This document shows, piece after piece, positions 7,849-17,506 of a stretch of DNA of 40,000 nucleotides. The number at the start of each line of letters is the position of its first letter. Position 1 is the first letter of the stretch. The notes under the pieces are model-generated. The model searched no databases. It was not told where the DNA came from and worked only from the letters and a program-made list of their open reading frames with translations. Source of the DNA: Peptostreptococcus sp. D1 (GTDB taxonomy: Bacteria; Bacillota; Clostridia; Peptostreptococcales; Peptostreptococcaceae); contig NZ_FONP01000002.1 of NCBI RefSeq assembly GCF_900112955.1, forward strand, positions 192,582-232,581. Direction: 5' to 3'. The position numbers and the translations under genes were made by a program.

Positions 7849-8718
7849 TTACTCTGTTTTATCTTCAGAATTTGTATTTTCTATTATAGGGTCTTTTACA
7901 ACATCTTCTATAAGTTTTGACATATCTACTGCATTTTTAGAAGTGATAACTGGTTTTCCGGTTTCTTTCTCAATTTCCTTTCTTGCATTGCCCGCTATAC
8001 TGCCTCCTCTTTTTGCAACTTTTCTATTTTCTTCTAATCCTTTAGGATTGGTCGTTTTGGTAAGTTCTGTTGTCGTGGCTTCTGCAAGCATATTGAGAAC
8101 TACTTCAAGAGTAGTCATATTATCCCTTAAATTCTCCTTTTTCAGTCCTTTTAGATTTTTGTATCCTCTTGTTGTCATTCCGGACCATGCTTTAGTGATT
8201 TCATCGGTAAGGATTGCATATTCAATTCCTTTTTCAATCCCATGATCCTCCCAAGCATCCGTAAGTTCCTTTCTTACTTGAATAGCTTGTAATCTTTGAT
8301 TTATCCACTCTCTTGAATAGCCCTTCTTCAAATATGTTTCTAAGGCTCTGTCAATAGTAAGTTCCGGATCAACAATTTCATCAATTCGCTCTTTTCCTAC
8401 TTCCGCAAGCCATAATTTGAAAGGCTCTGCCTTTGGGGATGGAATGGACTGAATAATACGGAAAATATCTTTCATATTTCCCGCCAATATTTTTCTTTTT
8501 TTGCCACTTGATGATTTCATTTCTACCTGGGGACAATTTGTCCCTATGTAGAAAGCTAACTGTTCATCACGTTTTCTCATCTTCTTGAGATAATCTGTTG
8601 GATTTTTACTTTCTGACAAGACTCCAACTACATCGACTACTGAAAAATACCATTCTTCTTTTTCTTCATCCCAAAAAGAGCGTATTTCTTTATTTTCATA
8701 TAGTTTTATTTCATCCAT
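7849..8718 (-). CDS. Bro-N / DNA-damage-inducible protein D (DinD)-like protein
   Basis: 289 aa. N-terminal IRSFWDEEKEEWYFSVVDVVGVL is Bro-N-like, and the central PKAEPFKLWLAEVGKERI...RKELTDAW is DinD-like (from memory). Confidence 0.6.
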   Translation of the reverse strand: MDEIKLYENKEIRSFWDEEKEEWYFSVVDVVGVLSESKNPTDYLKKMRKRDEQLAFYIGTNCPQVEMKSSSGKKRKILAGNMKDIFRIIQSIPSPKAEPFKLWLAEVGKERIDEIVDPELTIDRALETYLKKGYSREWINQRLQAIQVRKELTDAWEDHGIEKGIEYAILTDEITKAWSGMTTRGYKNLKGLKKENLRDNMTTLEVVLNMLAEATTTELTKTTNPKGLEENRKVAKRGGSIAGNARKEIEKETGKPVITSKNAVDMSKLIEDVVKDPIIENTNSEDKTE

Positions 8719-8817
8719 TACATCTACCTCTTTTATATATTATCCTGTTAAATAAGCTCTTTTTTTACCTCTTTAGCACCTTATATTATACCCTAAATTT
8801 GTAATCTTGTCTTTCTG

Positions 8818-9783
8818 CTAACGGAGATACTCTTTAAAGTAAATTTCCAGTGCTTTTTCTATAATCCCTTCTGCTTCTTCTTTCGCTTTATCTTGAAAGA
8901 ATTTTTGATAAATACTCTGAGATAACTTGATATTCTGATACTCTTTCATCTTCGGTTTTTTCAAGTTCAGCAAGTATGTTGTAATCATCTCCTTATTCAG
9001 TTCTTCTTGTCTGTTCATCAAATGAGGTGCTTTAGTATCGCTTGATTTTAAGGTTAATTCCAATTCTTCATACTGCTGATACAGATAATCCTGTATCTCT
9101 TTTGGAAGATAGGATAAATCTACTGCCATTGTCAGTCCTATTTTTTCGTTATCAACATCTTGTTTCCAAGAATCAGACAATTCATTTAATCTTAAATATC
9201 TTGCAATAGATGCCCCCGAAAGATGATATTCTTTTCCGAGTGATTTTCTGCTGTCTGTTTTATCTTCCGCTTTGCTTTCCTTTTCTATAATACCCCTATC
9301 TAAATTGTTTATCTCTTTTTGTAAATCGTTCCTCTTGCCCTGACTTGCTATTTTTTCATATCGCACTTTAAGGACAAGAGCTTTTTCGGTTGGTAGCAGG
9401 TCGGAAAAGGATCGTTGCATCAGATTGGTTTCTATCACATAGGTATAGGCTTCTTCTTCGGAAAGATGTTCTTTGACGATACAGGGAACGGTTTTTAGAT
9501 TGGCAAGTCTGGCTGCATTCACTCTGTTATGTCCGGAGAGTATTTCATAAGCTCCATCTTCTTTTTTGAGTACGATAATTGGATTAAGTATTCCGTTTTC
9601 TCTTATACTATCTACCATATCCTCCAGTCTCTTGCCGGTGTATAGGGTAAATGGATGGTCGTGGTAAGCTTCCAACAAGTCAATTTCTATATCCTGTATA
9701 TCCCCCTGTTCCAAGACACCTACATCATCCAGTAAAATATCGACCGCATCGGTTATTTCTCTTTTCACAAGTTTTTTACTCAT
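8818..9783 (-). CDS. parB: ParB-like partition / nuclease-domain protein
   Basis: ParB N-terminal domain: NPIIVLKKEDGAYEILSGHNRVNAARLA. AAGGAG lies 7 nt before the ATG at 9783, which overlaps the parA stop. The track ORF starts further upstream at 9816. Confidence 0.85.
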   Translation of the reverse strand: MSKKLVKREITDAVDILLDDVGVLEQGDIQDIEIDLLEAYHDHPFTLYTGKRLEDMVDSIRENGILNPIIVLKKEDGAYEILSGHNRVNAARLANLKTVPCIVKEHLSEEEAYTYVIETNLMQRSFSDLLPTEKALVLKVRYEKIASQGKRNDLQKEINNLDRGIIEKESKAEDKTDSRKSLGKEYHLSGASIARYLRLNELSDSWKQDVDNEKIGLTMAVDLSYLPKEIQDYLYQQYEELELTLKSSDTKAPHLMNRQEELNKEMITTYLLNLKKPKMKEYQNIKLSQSIYQKFFQDKAKEEAEGIIEKALEIYFKEYLR

Positions 9784-10552
9784 AGCAGATCTCCTTTGCC
9801 AAATTGTCATATGCAATATCTACGCTGCTGCCTTTTGCATATTTTTTTATACTTTGACCGCTGTATATGGATTCACCCACTTTGACTGTTTTGGGGATTT
9901 TGGTTTGAAATACCTCTACCTTTCCCTGATACATTTCTTCCACCTGCTGAGTAAGGAGTTTTGAAAGATTTGTCCTGTTATCGCACATGGTAAGCAAGAT
10001 GCCTTTTACCTTTAGACTTGCGTTGACCCTCTTTTTAATTTTTTGAATGGTTTTTAAAAGTTCACTGATTCCGACGATTGCAAACAACTGTGTATCTGCT
10101 GTAATAAGCACACTATCCGATGCACAAAGTGCATTGATGGTCAAGATATTCAGCGATGGAGAAGTGTCTATCAGGATGTAGTCATACTGCTCTCGTATAG
10201 GTTCAAGGATGCTTGATAGGATTCGTTCACTTCCGGTTTCTGCTTTCATCTGCGTTTCTGTAACGGATAGATAAATGCTTGATGGAATAAAGTCTATGCC
10301 ATCATAGGATAGGATATATCCCTTCGCCAAGTAGTTTTCTTCCTCTAATTCTGCCATTAACAGATGTCCTATGGTTTCTGTAAGTTCATTGGCATTTTCT
10401 ATGCCAAAGCATCTTGTGAGATTAGCTTGCGGATCAAGGTCAATGACGAATACTTTTTTGCCGAGTTCTTTTAATGAATACGCAAGATTTAATGTTGTCG
10501 TTGTTTTTCCAACTCCACCTTTTCGATTGGCAACGGTGATAATTTCTGCCAT
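9776..10552 (-). CDS. parA: ParA/Soj-family partition ATPase
   Basis: Deviant Walker A NRKGGVGKTTT, then VIDLDPQANLT. Confidence 0.92.
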   Translation of the reverse strand: MAEIITVANRKGGVGKTTTTLNLAYSLKELGKKVFVIDLDPQANLTRCFGIENANELTETIGHLLMAELEEENYLAKGYILSYDGIDFIPSSIYLSVTETQMKAETGSERILSSILEPIREQYDYILIDTSPSLNILTINALCASDSVLITADTQLFAIVGISELLKTIQKIKKRVNASLKVKGILLTMCDNRTNLSKLLTQQVEEMYQGKVEVFQTKIPKTVKVGESIYSGQSIKKYAKGSSVDIAYDNLAKEICYE

Positions 10553-10697
10553 AGTATGCCCCCTTCTTCTCTATACAGAGATTTCATTTTATGCTATACT
10601 TTTATACAAATTTTGAGTATAAAAAATGATGACAGTCTATCCATCATCAAAGTTTAAAAGTTTTGTGGAAGCCTTTAACCCTTGATTTTTCTTGGAT

Positions 10698-10877
10698 TTA
10701 TTGTACTGTCATCATTATAGCATTATCCCCACACCCACTTTCGCCACAAAGTACTACACATTGACCTTTTGATATAGTTCCTTTTACATTATCTAATGTC
10801 TTTTCTTTTTTTCCTTCATAAGCAAAGTCTATTTTAAAATCCAAAATATCTTCACTTCTATCAGTTATACGACTCAT
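10698..10877 (-). pseudogene. N-terminal stub of an ABC-transporter ATP-binding protein, cut inside Walker A
   Basis: My own translation: MSRITDRSEDILDFKIDFAYEGKKEKTLDNVKGTISKGQCVVLCGESGCG, then unrelated DNAIMMTVQ and a stop. It begins 11 nt after the TetR stop. Confidence 0.6.
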
Positions 10878-10888
10878 AAATTCAACCC

Positions 10889-11509
10889 TTATTTTATAAA
10901 TTCATTAAAAATCTTTTTCCAACCTGCTCCAATAAATTCCCCCAGCATTTTTACATATTCAATAGTTTCATCCTTGCTATATCCTTTTTTGATAATTAAG
11001 GCATAGATATTGAATTGTTGACTCATTAAAAGTTCCACTAAATCCAATTTCATCTCACTTATATCTGAGTCAATGTTTTCCTTTATAAATGTCTTTGTTT
11101 GAAATATTTTATTTTTCATCATTTCATCAAACATAGCCTCAACGGAGCTTCCTTTGCTGCAACATAGCAAAAGTTTACATTCCTCATAATATTCAAACAG
11201 AAGATCTATATACCTTGCAGTTTCTTTCTCTATATTCTTCAAAAAATCTTCAAAATTTTTATCTGTGCGATAATTCATATATGATGCTCTATTATCTTTC
11301 ACCTCTCTATTCAAAGCTTCTAAAAAATCTTCAATCAGACTATAAAAAAGTTCATCCTTTCCTTTGTATCTCGTATATATAGCCCCGGTTGTAACTCCTG
11401 CTTTTTTAGCAATATTACTTATTGCGGTAGCTTGAAATCCATTTTTCAAAAATTCTATTTTAGCAGCTTCTATAATTGGTTTATCCAGTTCATGATTTTT
11501 ATTAGCCAT
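10889..11509 (-). CDS. TetR/AcrR-family transcriptional regulator
   Basis: HTH: FQATAISNIAKKAGVTTGAIYTRYKGKDELF. GAGGAGG lies 7 nt before the ATG at 11509. The longer track ORF reaching 11611 runs through the operator. Confidence 0.88.
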   Translation of the reverse strand: MANKNHELDKPIIEAAKIEFLKNGFQATAISNIAKKAGVTTGAIYTRYKGKDELFYSLIEDFLEALNREVKDNRASYMNYRTDKNFEDFLKNIEKETARYIDLLFEYYEECKLLLCCSKGSSVEAMFDEMMKNKIFQTKTFIKENIDSDISEMKLDLVELLMSQQFNIYALIIKKGYSKDETIEYVKMLGEFIGAGWKKIFNEFIK

Positions 11510-11544
11510 GTTCATTCCTCCTCGTGTTAAAAATACCATGTTTT

Positions 11545-11588
11545 TATAATCAATAATATCATAATCGATAATTATATTATTGATTATA
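11545..11588. promoter_or_regulatory. Perfect 15-bp inverted repeat upstream of the TetR gene (candidate operator)
   Basis: TATAATCAATAATAT (11545-11559) and ATATTATTGATTATA (11574-11588) with a 14-bp spacer, 36 nt upstream of the TetR start. Confidence 0.6.
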
Positions 11589-11821
11589 CAGCAGTTAGTG
11601 TAATCTAACAAGTCCTGAGTAAAGGTTTCGTATATTTTTCACGCTAACTTCACTGGTATTCCCTCTCTTTTTAAAACCTTTAATTTTTCCTGTTTTTCTA
11701 TTCTCTCATTTGTAAACTTCTTCACTGACAGGTATAGCTTTCCCTTTGACATAGATGTAATATTCTTTTTTATCCATTGTGCGTTCCTCCTTTTTCTGCT
11801 CTCTGATTTTGGTTTTTGAGA

Positions 11822-11864
11822 ATAAAAAAGGAGGACTTCTACACTTTGGCGTAAAAAGTCCTCC
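11822..11864 (-). terminator. Rho-independent terminator after the adhesin gene
   Basis: 9-bp stem GGAGGACTT/AAGTCCTCC (11830-11838 / 11856-11864), followed by U6 on the minus strand. Confidence 0.7.
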
Positions 11865-11982
11865 GATTACAACAAGGAAATTGTCCTTTGTTGTATGGTC
11901 TTTATTCAGTTTTCGGTCTTGATTACTTAAAAATCTTTGTTATTGTTTTCACTTCTTTGTCTCCATTCCCATAATACAAATT

Positions 11983-14900
11983 TTACTTTGCGTGTTTTCT
12001 TTTTCTAATACCTAACAGAATAAGTAAACTTCCTGAAGCGAACATCAACCAAGCATATAGGGATAGGTTTGCTCCATCTCCTGTTTTAGGTAAGCTATTG
12101 TTTGTACTTGTGTTTGGTACTTTCGGTTTTTCAGTATTTGGTGGTGTTGGTGGAGTTTCTTTCTCATTAGTGATAGTAAGCCCATCTTTCATGCTTCCTC
12201 CATAGACTACCTTATACTGCTTGCCATCAAATTTAATGGCATTACCATCTTCTCCTACTTCTTTAACTGTGTATTTGTAGTAGTCTGTACTTCCAAGTCC
12301 ATTTGCCACTGCAAGATTTTTGAATACTCCGCTCCAGTTATTACCTGCATTTAATTCAAGTGTTTTTCCTGTAGGATTACCATCTTTATATAGTTCTACG
12401 GTAATTTTTTCCGTTGGAGCTGTAATGGTGTTTCCTTTATGGTCTTTCCACAGCTTTGTTACCTTGACTTCCCTAATTGGAGGTTCCATAGGTGTCCATG
12501 GTTTTTCCTTTTGATTAGTGATGGTAAAGCCGTCTTTCATGCTTCCGCTATAACTTACCTTAAACCACTTACCATCAAGTTTAATGGAACCTGTTGTTTC
12601 TCCGATTTCCTTTACTGTATATTGGTAATAATTGGTGCTTCCAAGTCCATCTGCTACTTCAAGGTTCTTAAACTCTCCTGTCCAGTTATTATCCTTTGTT
12701 AGTTCAAGTTTCTTTCCTGTGGCTACTCCATCTTTGTATAGTTCTACTTCAACTTTTTCAACAGGAGCAGTTAAAACATTTCCATTATCATTTTTCCATT
12801 CCTTAGTAACCTTGATAGTTCTTGTTGGTGGCTCCATTGGTGTCCATGGCGTCTTTTCTTTGTTGGTAATGGTAAAACCATCTGCCATAGTTCCGTCATA
12901 ACTTACTCCGAACCACTTACCATCAAACTGAATAGCAGAACCAATTTCCCCTACTTCTTTGACAGTATATTTATAGTAGTTGGTACTTCCAAGTCCGTCT
13001 GCCACTTCAAGGTTCTTAAACTCTCCTGTCCAGTTATTATCTTTTGTCAGTTCAAGTTTCTTGCCTGTAGCGTCTCCGTCCTTATATAGTTCTACTTCTA
13101 TCTTTGTATCAGGTATATTGTTTCCTGCAAGAAGGTCCCATGCCTTTGTTACCTTGATAGTTCTTGTTGGTGGTATCATCGGTGTCCATGGCGTCTTTTC
13201 TTTGTTGGTAATGGTAAAACCATCTGCCATAGTTCCGTCATAGCTTACTCCGAACCATTTATCATTGAATTGAATAGCTGATCCAACTTCCCCTACTTCT
13301 TTAACGGTATACTTATGAATGGTAGGATTTTCTATTGACTCATAGACTTTCAGTTTTTCAAAAGTTACCGTCCAGTTATTATCCTTTGTAAGCTCTTTTA
13401 TATCTCCTGTGGCAATTCCGTCTTTATATAGTTCTACTTTAATCTTATCAACAGGAGCTTCATTCAAATTACTTCCTGAAATGTCTTTCCACTCTTTAGT
13501 TACCTTAATATCTCTTGTAGGTGGTATCATCGGTGTCCAAGGGGAAAGTTTTTTGTTGGTAACTGTTAGTCCATCTTGTGTGTTGCCTCCGTAGCTAACC
13601 TTATACCAATCTCCATTAAGCTGAATGGAATTAGCTGTTTCTCCTACTTCTTTTACTGTGTAGTTATATTCATTTCCTTGTGCATCTGTTTTATCAAGGT
13701 CGGTCCAAGTATATGTGGTTGTTCCGTTTGTTAATTCAATCGGACTCCCCTCATTTTGTCCGTTCTTTAGAAGCTGTAATTTGATTGTCGGATGATTTCC
13801 TGTTACACCTTCCCATTCTTTGGTTACTTTTACCTCTGTTTTATCTTGTGTATTCTTAATAATCCATAAGTTGTCAGATTCCTGTTCATAGGTAGCTGCA
13901 TAACCTTGCGGAACATTCTTCTCTACCACCTTATATTTAATAAGCGTACCGTCCGCTGTATACTTATCAAGTCCCGTAAAGGTGTGCTTCCAACCTTCAC
14001 TTTTCTTGAGTTCATATTCTTTTATTACATCGTTGCTACCTTCAGCTCTAAGCTCTACAAGTACAGAATCTCTTTCTGCTCCTATCCATTTCTTTTTTAC
14101 AGAAACTTCTGTTTTTTCAACATTGGTATTGGTGATAACCCACTTGCCTGTTGGATCTTTTTCGTAAGAAACTTTATATCCATTTGGAACATTTTTCTCT
14201 ACTACCTTGTATTTAATAAGCGTGCCGTCCGGTGCGTATTTATCAAGTCCTGTAAAGATATGTTCCCAATTTTCATTTGCCTTAAGCTCATATTCTGCTA
14301 CTACATCATTACTACCTTCGGCTTTAACCTGTACGACTACAGAATCACCTGCTGGTCCTACCCATTTCTTTTCTACAGGAATATCTACCTTTTCATTATT
14401 GGTATTTGTTATGATAAAGCCATCTCCTATTGAACCTGAAATAGATGGAGTATACCCCTGCAAGACATCTTTTTCCTCTGCAATGTATTTAATTTCTTCA
14501 CCTGTTTTAGCATTGTATTTTCTAAGGTTTGTAAAAGTATATTCCCAATCAGGAGCAGACAGTTTATGTTCAGCAACCGGTACTCCATCTGCTTTCAAAA
14601 CAACTGTAACTTCAGAACCTACCGGTCCTATCCATTTCTTTTGGACTTTAATGTCTATTTTCTCCGGTTCGTTTGTGATTGTTTTTATCTCAAGATTATC
14701 AGATGTAACGACCACTGTATATTTCGTGTTGTCAACCAAATAATGATCCGGTGCGGCTATTTCTTCTATTTCATACTCTCCCGGAATCAATTGCATAGTA
14801 ACAGCTTCTCCATTTGAATCGGTTATGACCTCAAATGTTGCTCCTGAGGCTTTTCTTGTGATTTTAAATTTAGCATTTTTTAATTTAATTTCTTCATTAT

Positions 14901-15945
14901 CTTCAGCAACTTTAACGATTTTAATCTTGCTCGTTAAATTTCCTTGTCCGCCACCGCCACTTTCTGCATCTTGAAACTGACTTTGTACAATTTTCCCTGT
15001 TTCTGTGCTTGTAAGTTCAGCTGTATTTTTTAATTTAAGTCCTTGTCTATATGTTGAACGATAATGCAGCATATAGGCTTTCCCATCAAGATTTCCCATG
15101 CTATAAGTGAAACTTCTTTTATCTGAAGATAATGTGACTTGATTACTTACATTTACAGGATTTTTTTCAACAGGTTTACCATCTTCAAAGACTATTTCAT
15201 ATAAAACAAACTCACCTGCCACATACTCAATGCCTTCTGGACTTCCCGGATCTTCCACTTCCAATGTATCTTTGATAATAACATTGTTCAAATCACCTTG
15301 CTTTGCGTTTATTCGGATTCTCCATCTGACCAGACTGTCACTTGTTAATGTTTGCCCTGAAACTTTATAAAGAATCTCATTTCCATATTGTGGTGGCACA
15401 TATGGTTTTAATGTAATATGCGGATTAAAAGAACCGACAGCAATTTCGTATTCACCCTCCTGCTCGACAGGATATGATGTTGTATTCCATCTTGCTGTTA
15501 AGTGCATATCTCCAGTTATATTGAACTTATCATTGACATAGCTTGTAAAGGTTACTTTAATTTTACCGCCACCGGGTTCTTGCGGTGTAATAACAGCCCT
15601 TGCCATCAACTCCCCTGAAGGAGCATTTATATCAAAATTACAGTATGATGACTCTGGTGGAAATTTAAACTGATCCGGTAAGTCTATTTCAAAGTAATCT
15701 CCTTCGTGTAGTTCATTTCCATGACTTGAAGCATCCCACTTATAGTTCAACTTAAATAATGAGTTGGAAAAATACCCATCAGGTGGTACAACACCTTCTG
15801 AATTTGTGATACTAAAATCTGTAATGTTAACTTGAACTTCCTTGTTCTCCGCAAATACAGTTTCAATTGGTATAAACATACCTAAAAGCATAACAAAAAC
15901 TAAGAAGAATGAAGTTAGCTTTTGTATGTTACCTCTTTTTTTCAT
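11983..15945 (-). CDS. LPXTG-anchored surface adhesin with multiple Cna-B-type repeats
   Basis: 1320 aa. Signal peptide LTSFFLVFVMLLGMFIPIETVFA. Three about 90-aa and five about 110-aa Cna-B-like repeats (KVTKEW...VELYKDG...YTVKEVGE). C-terminal LPKTG, then a hydrophobic stretch and RKRKHAK. Confidence 0.93.
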   Translation of the reverse strand: MKKRGNIQKLTSFFLVFVMLLGMFIPIETVFAENKEVQVNITDFSITNSEGVVPPDGYFSNSLFKLNYKWDASSHGNELHEGDYFEIDLPDQFKFPPESSYCNFDINAPSGELMARAVITPQEPGGGKIKVTFTSYVNDKFNITGDMHLTARWNTTSYPVEQEGEYEIAVGSFNPHITLKPYVPPQYGNEILYKVSGQTLTSDSLVRWRIRINAKQGDLNNVIIKDTLEVEDPGSPEGIEYVAGEFVLYEIVFEDGKPVEKNPVNVSNQVTLSSDKRSFTYSMGNLDGKAYMLHYRSTYRQGLKLKNTAELTSTETGKIVQSQFQDAESGGGGQGNLTSKIKIVKVAEDNEEIKLKNAKFKITRKASGATFEVITDSNGEAVTMQLIPGEYEIEEIAAPDHYLVDNTKYTVVVTSDNLEIKTITNEPEKIDIKVQKKWIGPVGSEVTVVLKADGVPVAEHKLSAPDWEYTFTNLRKYNAKTGEEIKYIAEEKDVLQGYTPSISGSIGDGFIITNTNNEKVDIPVEKKWVGPAGDSVVVQVKAEGSNDVVAEYELKANENWEHIFTGLDKYAPDGTLIKYKVVEKNVPNGYKVSYEKDPTGKWVITNTNVEKTEVSVKKKWIGAERDSVLVELRAEGSNDVIKEYELKKSEGWKHTFTGLDKYTADGTLIKYKVVEKNVPQGYAATYEQESDNLWIIKNTQDKTEVKVTKEWEGVTGNHPTIKLQLLKNGQNEGSPIELTNGTTTYTWTDLDKTDAQGNEYNYTVKEVGETANSIQLNGDWYKVSYGGNTQDGLTVTNKKLSPWTPMIPPTRDIKVTKEWKDISGSNLNEAPVDKIKVELYKDGIATGDIKELTKDNNWTVTFEKLKVYESIENPTIHKYTVKEVGEVGSAIQFNDKWFGVSYDGTMADGFTITNKEKTPWTPMIPPTRTIKVTKAWDLLAGNNIPDTKIEVELYKDGDATGKKLELTKDNNWTGEFKNLEVADGLGSTNYYKYTVKEVGEIGSAIQFDGKWFGVSYDGTMADGFTITNKEKTPWTPMEPPTRTIKVTKEWKNDNGNVLTAPVEKVEVELYKDGVATGKKLELTKDNNWTGEFKNLEVADGLGSTNYYQYTVKEIGETTGSIKLDGKWFKVSYSGSMKDGFTITNQKEKPWTPMEPPIREVKVTKLWKDHKGNTITAPTEKITVELYKDGNPTGKTLELNAGNNWSGVFKNLAVANGLGSTDYYKYTVKEVGEDGNAIKFDGKQYKVVYGGSMKDGLTITNEKETPPTPPNTEKPKVPNTSTNNSLPKTGDGANLSLYAWLMFASGSLLILLGIRKRKHAK
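12150..13545 (-). repeat. Four tandem units of about 348 bp (about 116 aa) inside the adhesin gene
   Basis: The TPWTPM(I/E)PPTR boundary recurs at about 12490, 12840, 13185 and 13532. The antisense ORFs at 12632 and 12980 begin with identical 27-aa strings, showing near-identity at the DNA level. Confidence 0.85.
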
Positions 15946-16220
15946 CTGTTTTCTATCTCCTTCCTTTGTTTATTGCTTCAATCTCTGGAAATAAACTTAG
16001 ACTTTAAATGTCAATAATGTTAGACTTTGCGTGCCATTTTCTGGTATAATGATTAAAATAGGTTTGTTGTGTGATTCACTATGGATTTGACGACTTTTGG
16101 TAGATGTTAGGCAGCACTTAATTTATAGGTTTTTGTCTGTAAATTAAAGTCTACTTTTTTTGACGATTTACTACAATTATATTTTGATTACGACTTTTGA
16201 ACCTTATCACAGGTTCTTTT

Positions 16221-16826
16221 TCATTTTTCTCTTGTATATCCTCTTTCCTTCAGCCAGTTGGAAAAGGTAGTATGGCTTACACCAAGTTCTTTGGCTCCGG
16301 CTCTTAAGCCTATTTCTTTTTTGCTCCATTTATTAGCCATATTCTCAAATTCTTTAGGAATATCTTTTTTACTTCTGCCGAATTTTACTCCTCTTTTCTT
16401 GGCTTCTCTTATCCCTTCCATCTGTCTTTGATGGGTATTTTCTCTTTCTATCTGAGCTACATAGGATAATATCTGTAAGACAATATCGGCTATAAACTTT
16501 CCGGTTATATCACTTACCTTTGTTCTTGTATCAAGAAGAGGAAAATCAAGTACGATGATTTCAGCATTTTTCTCTTTGGTAATTAGATTCCATTCCTTAA
16601 TAATTTCATCATAGTTTCTTCCCAGTCTGTCTATGGATTTAATATATAGCTCATCTCCCGATTTTAGTTTTCTGATGAGCTTTTTATATTTCCTGCGGTT
16701 AAAGTCTTTCCCGCTTGCCTTGTCGATATAAATTTTATTCATTTCTACTCCCTCTTTCAAAATAGCAGTTAATTGCCTGTCTATATTTTGTTCCTTTGTC
16801 GATACTCTAATATATCCGTATTTCAT
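16221..16826 (-). CDS. Small serine recombinase (resolvase/invertase family)
   Basis: MKYGYIRVSTKEQNIDRQ, SIDRLGRN and a C-terminal HTH GAKELGVSHTTFSNWL. GGAGG SD. Confidence 0.9.
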   Translation of the reverse strand: MKYGYIRVSTKEQNIDRQLTAILKEGVEMNKIYIDKASGKDFNRRKYKKLIRKLKSGDELYIKSIDRLGRNYDEIIKEWNLITKEKNAEIIVLDFPLLDTRTKVSDITGKFIADIVLQILSYVAQIERENTHQRQMEGIREAKKRGVKFGRSKKDIPKEFENMANKWSKKEIGLRAGAKELGVSHTTFSNWLKERGYTREK

Positions 16827-17008
16827 ATATATCCCTCCGTTTCTTTATTCATAAATTAGATATTATACGGATACCTTAAGAAAGACCTTTTTATTTTTGA
16901 AAAAGAAAAAGAAGCCTTTTGGATTTTGTTATCCATTGAGCTTCTTTGATTCTTACTCTGTAAGTTTATGAGGGTTATTCTGCTTTAACAATCTTAATTT
17001 TTACTTCC

Positions 17009-17266
17009 TTGACAACAGTTCTATAGTCACACACCCTAAAAACACCTTAAAAACAATAGTCCTGTTGTTACACCAAGCAAAAAAAGTAGTTCTATTGCTA
17101 CGACCTCTGATTTCCCAGTGGTCAGAACTATTGTCAAACGCTCTAAAATCATAGTATAAACTCGTTGTCCAAACTTCTGTATTTTTCTCTAAACCTTTTG
17201 ATTTCAAGGCTTTTCTATGCTTTTTTTCCTTACTTTCTTGACAGAAGAACTATAGTCTCCACATGA
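17009..17266. repeat. About 258-bp direct repeat, copy A (roughly 85-90% identical to copy B by eye)
   Basis: Alignable base by base with 19177..19434. It contains several GAC-N12-GTC / TTGACA-N-AGWWCTAT motifs. It lies upstream of the resolvase gene. Confidence 0.85.
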
Positions 17267-17506
17267 GATTATTAGGCTATTTTGGAAAATTAAATATCTC
17301 TGCAAAACCCATTGATTTTATCATAACTATAACATTTCTATTGTTTCAATCATATAATTTTTGATTAGGCTATTTTACATAATATAGAAATTATTAATCT
17401 TTTTCAGAGATTTATCGCTCGAAATATCTACCCAGCATCAACTGACATTTTTTAATTTGCATATAGTCGCAACTTTAAAATAATAATATACTTATTTTCA
17501 CTAAAC

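Larger units (their letters stand above)
1..16000 (-). mobile_element. Segment of a Firmicutes-type integrative/conjugative element (transfer, replication/partition and cargo modules). The left end lies outside the window and the right limit is approximate.
   Basis: Contiguous co-oriented Maff2, VirB6-like, SSB, MTase, VirD4/TraG, PcfB, DnaC-like, RepA_N, ParB and ParA genes, plus an LPXTG adhesin cargo. Confidence 0.75.

Noticed and set aside
16030-16052. A plus-strand extended -10 (TGGTATAAT at 16044..16052) pointing into the 3' end of the resolvase gene
   Set aside because: It has no convincing -35 and no plus-strand gene or structured RNA downstream. It may drive an antisense transcript, but nothing in the sequence supports this beyond the hexamer.
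16194-16216. The hairpin GAACCT-6 nt-AGGTTC at the resolvase stop, considered as a terminator
   Set aside because: The T-run lies on the plus strand only, the wrong orientation for the minus-strand resolvase. The stem is only 6 bp.
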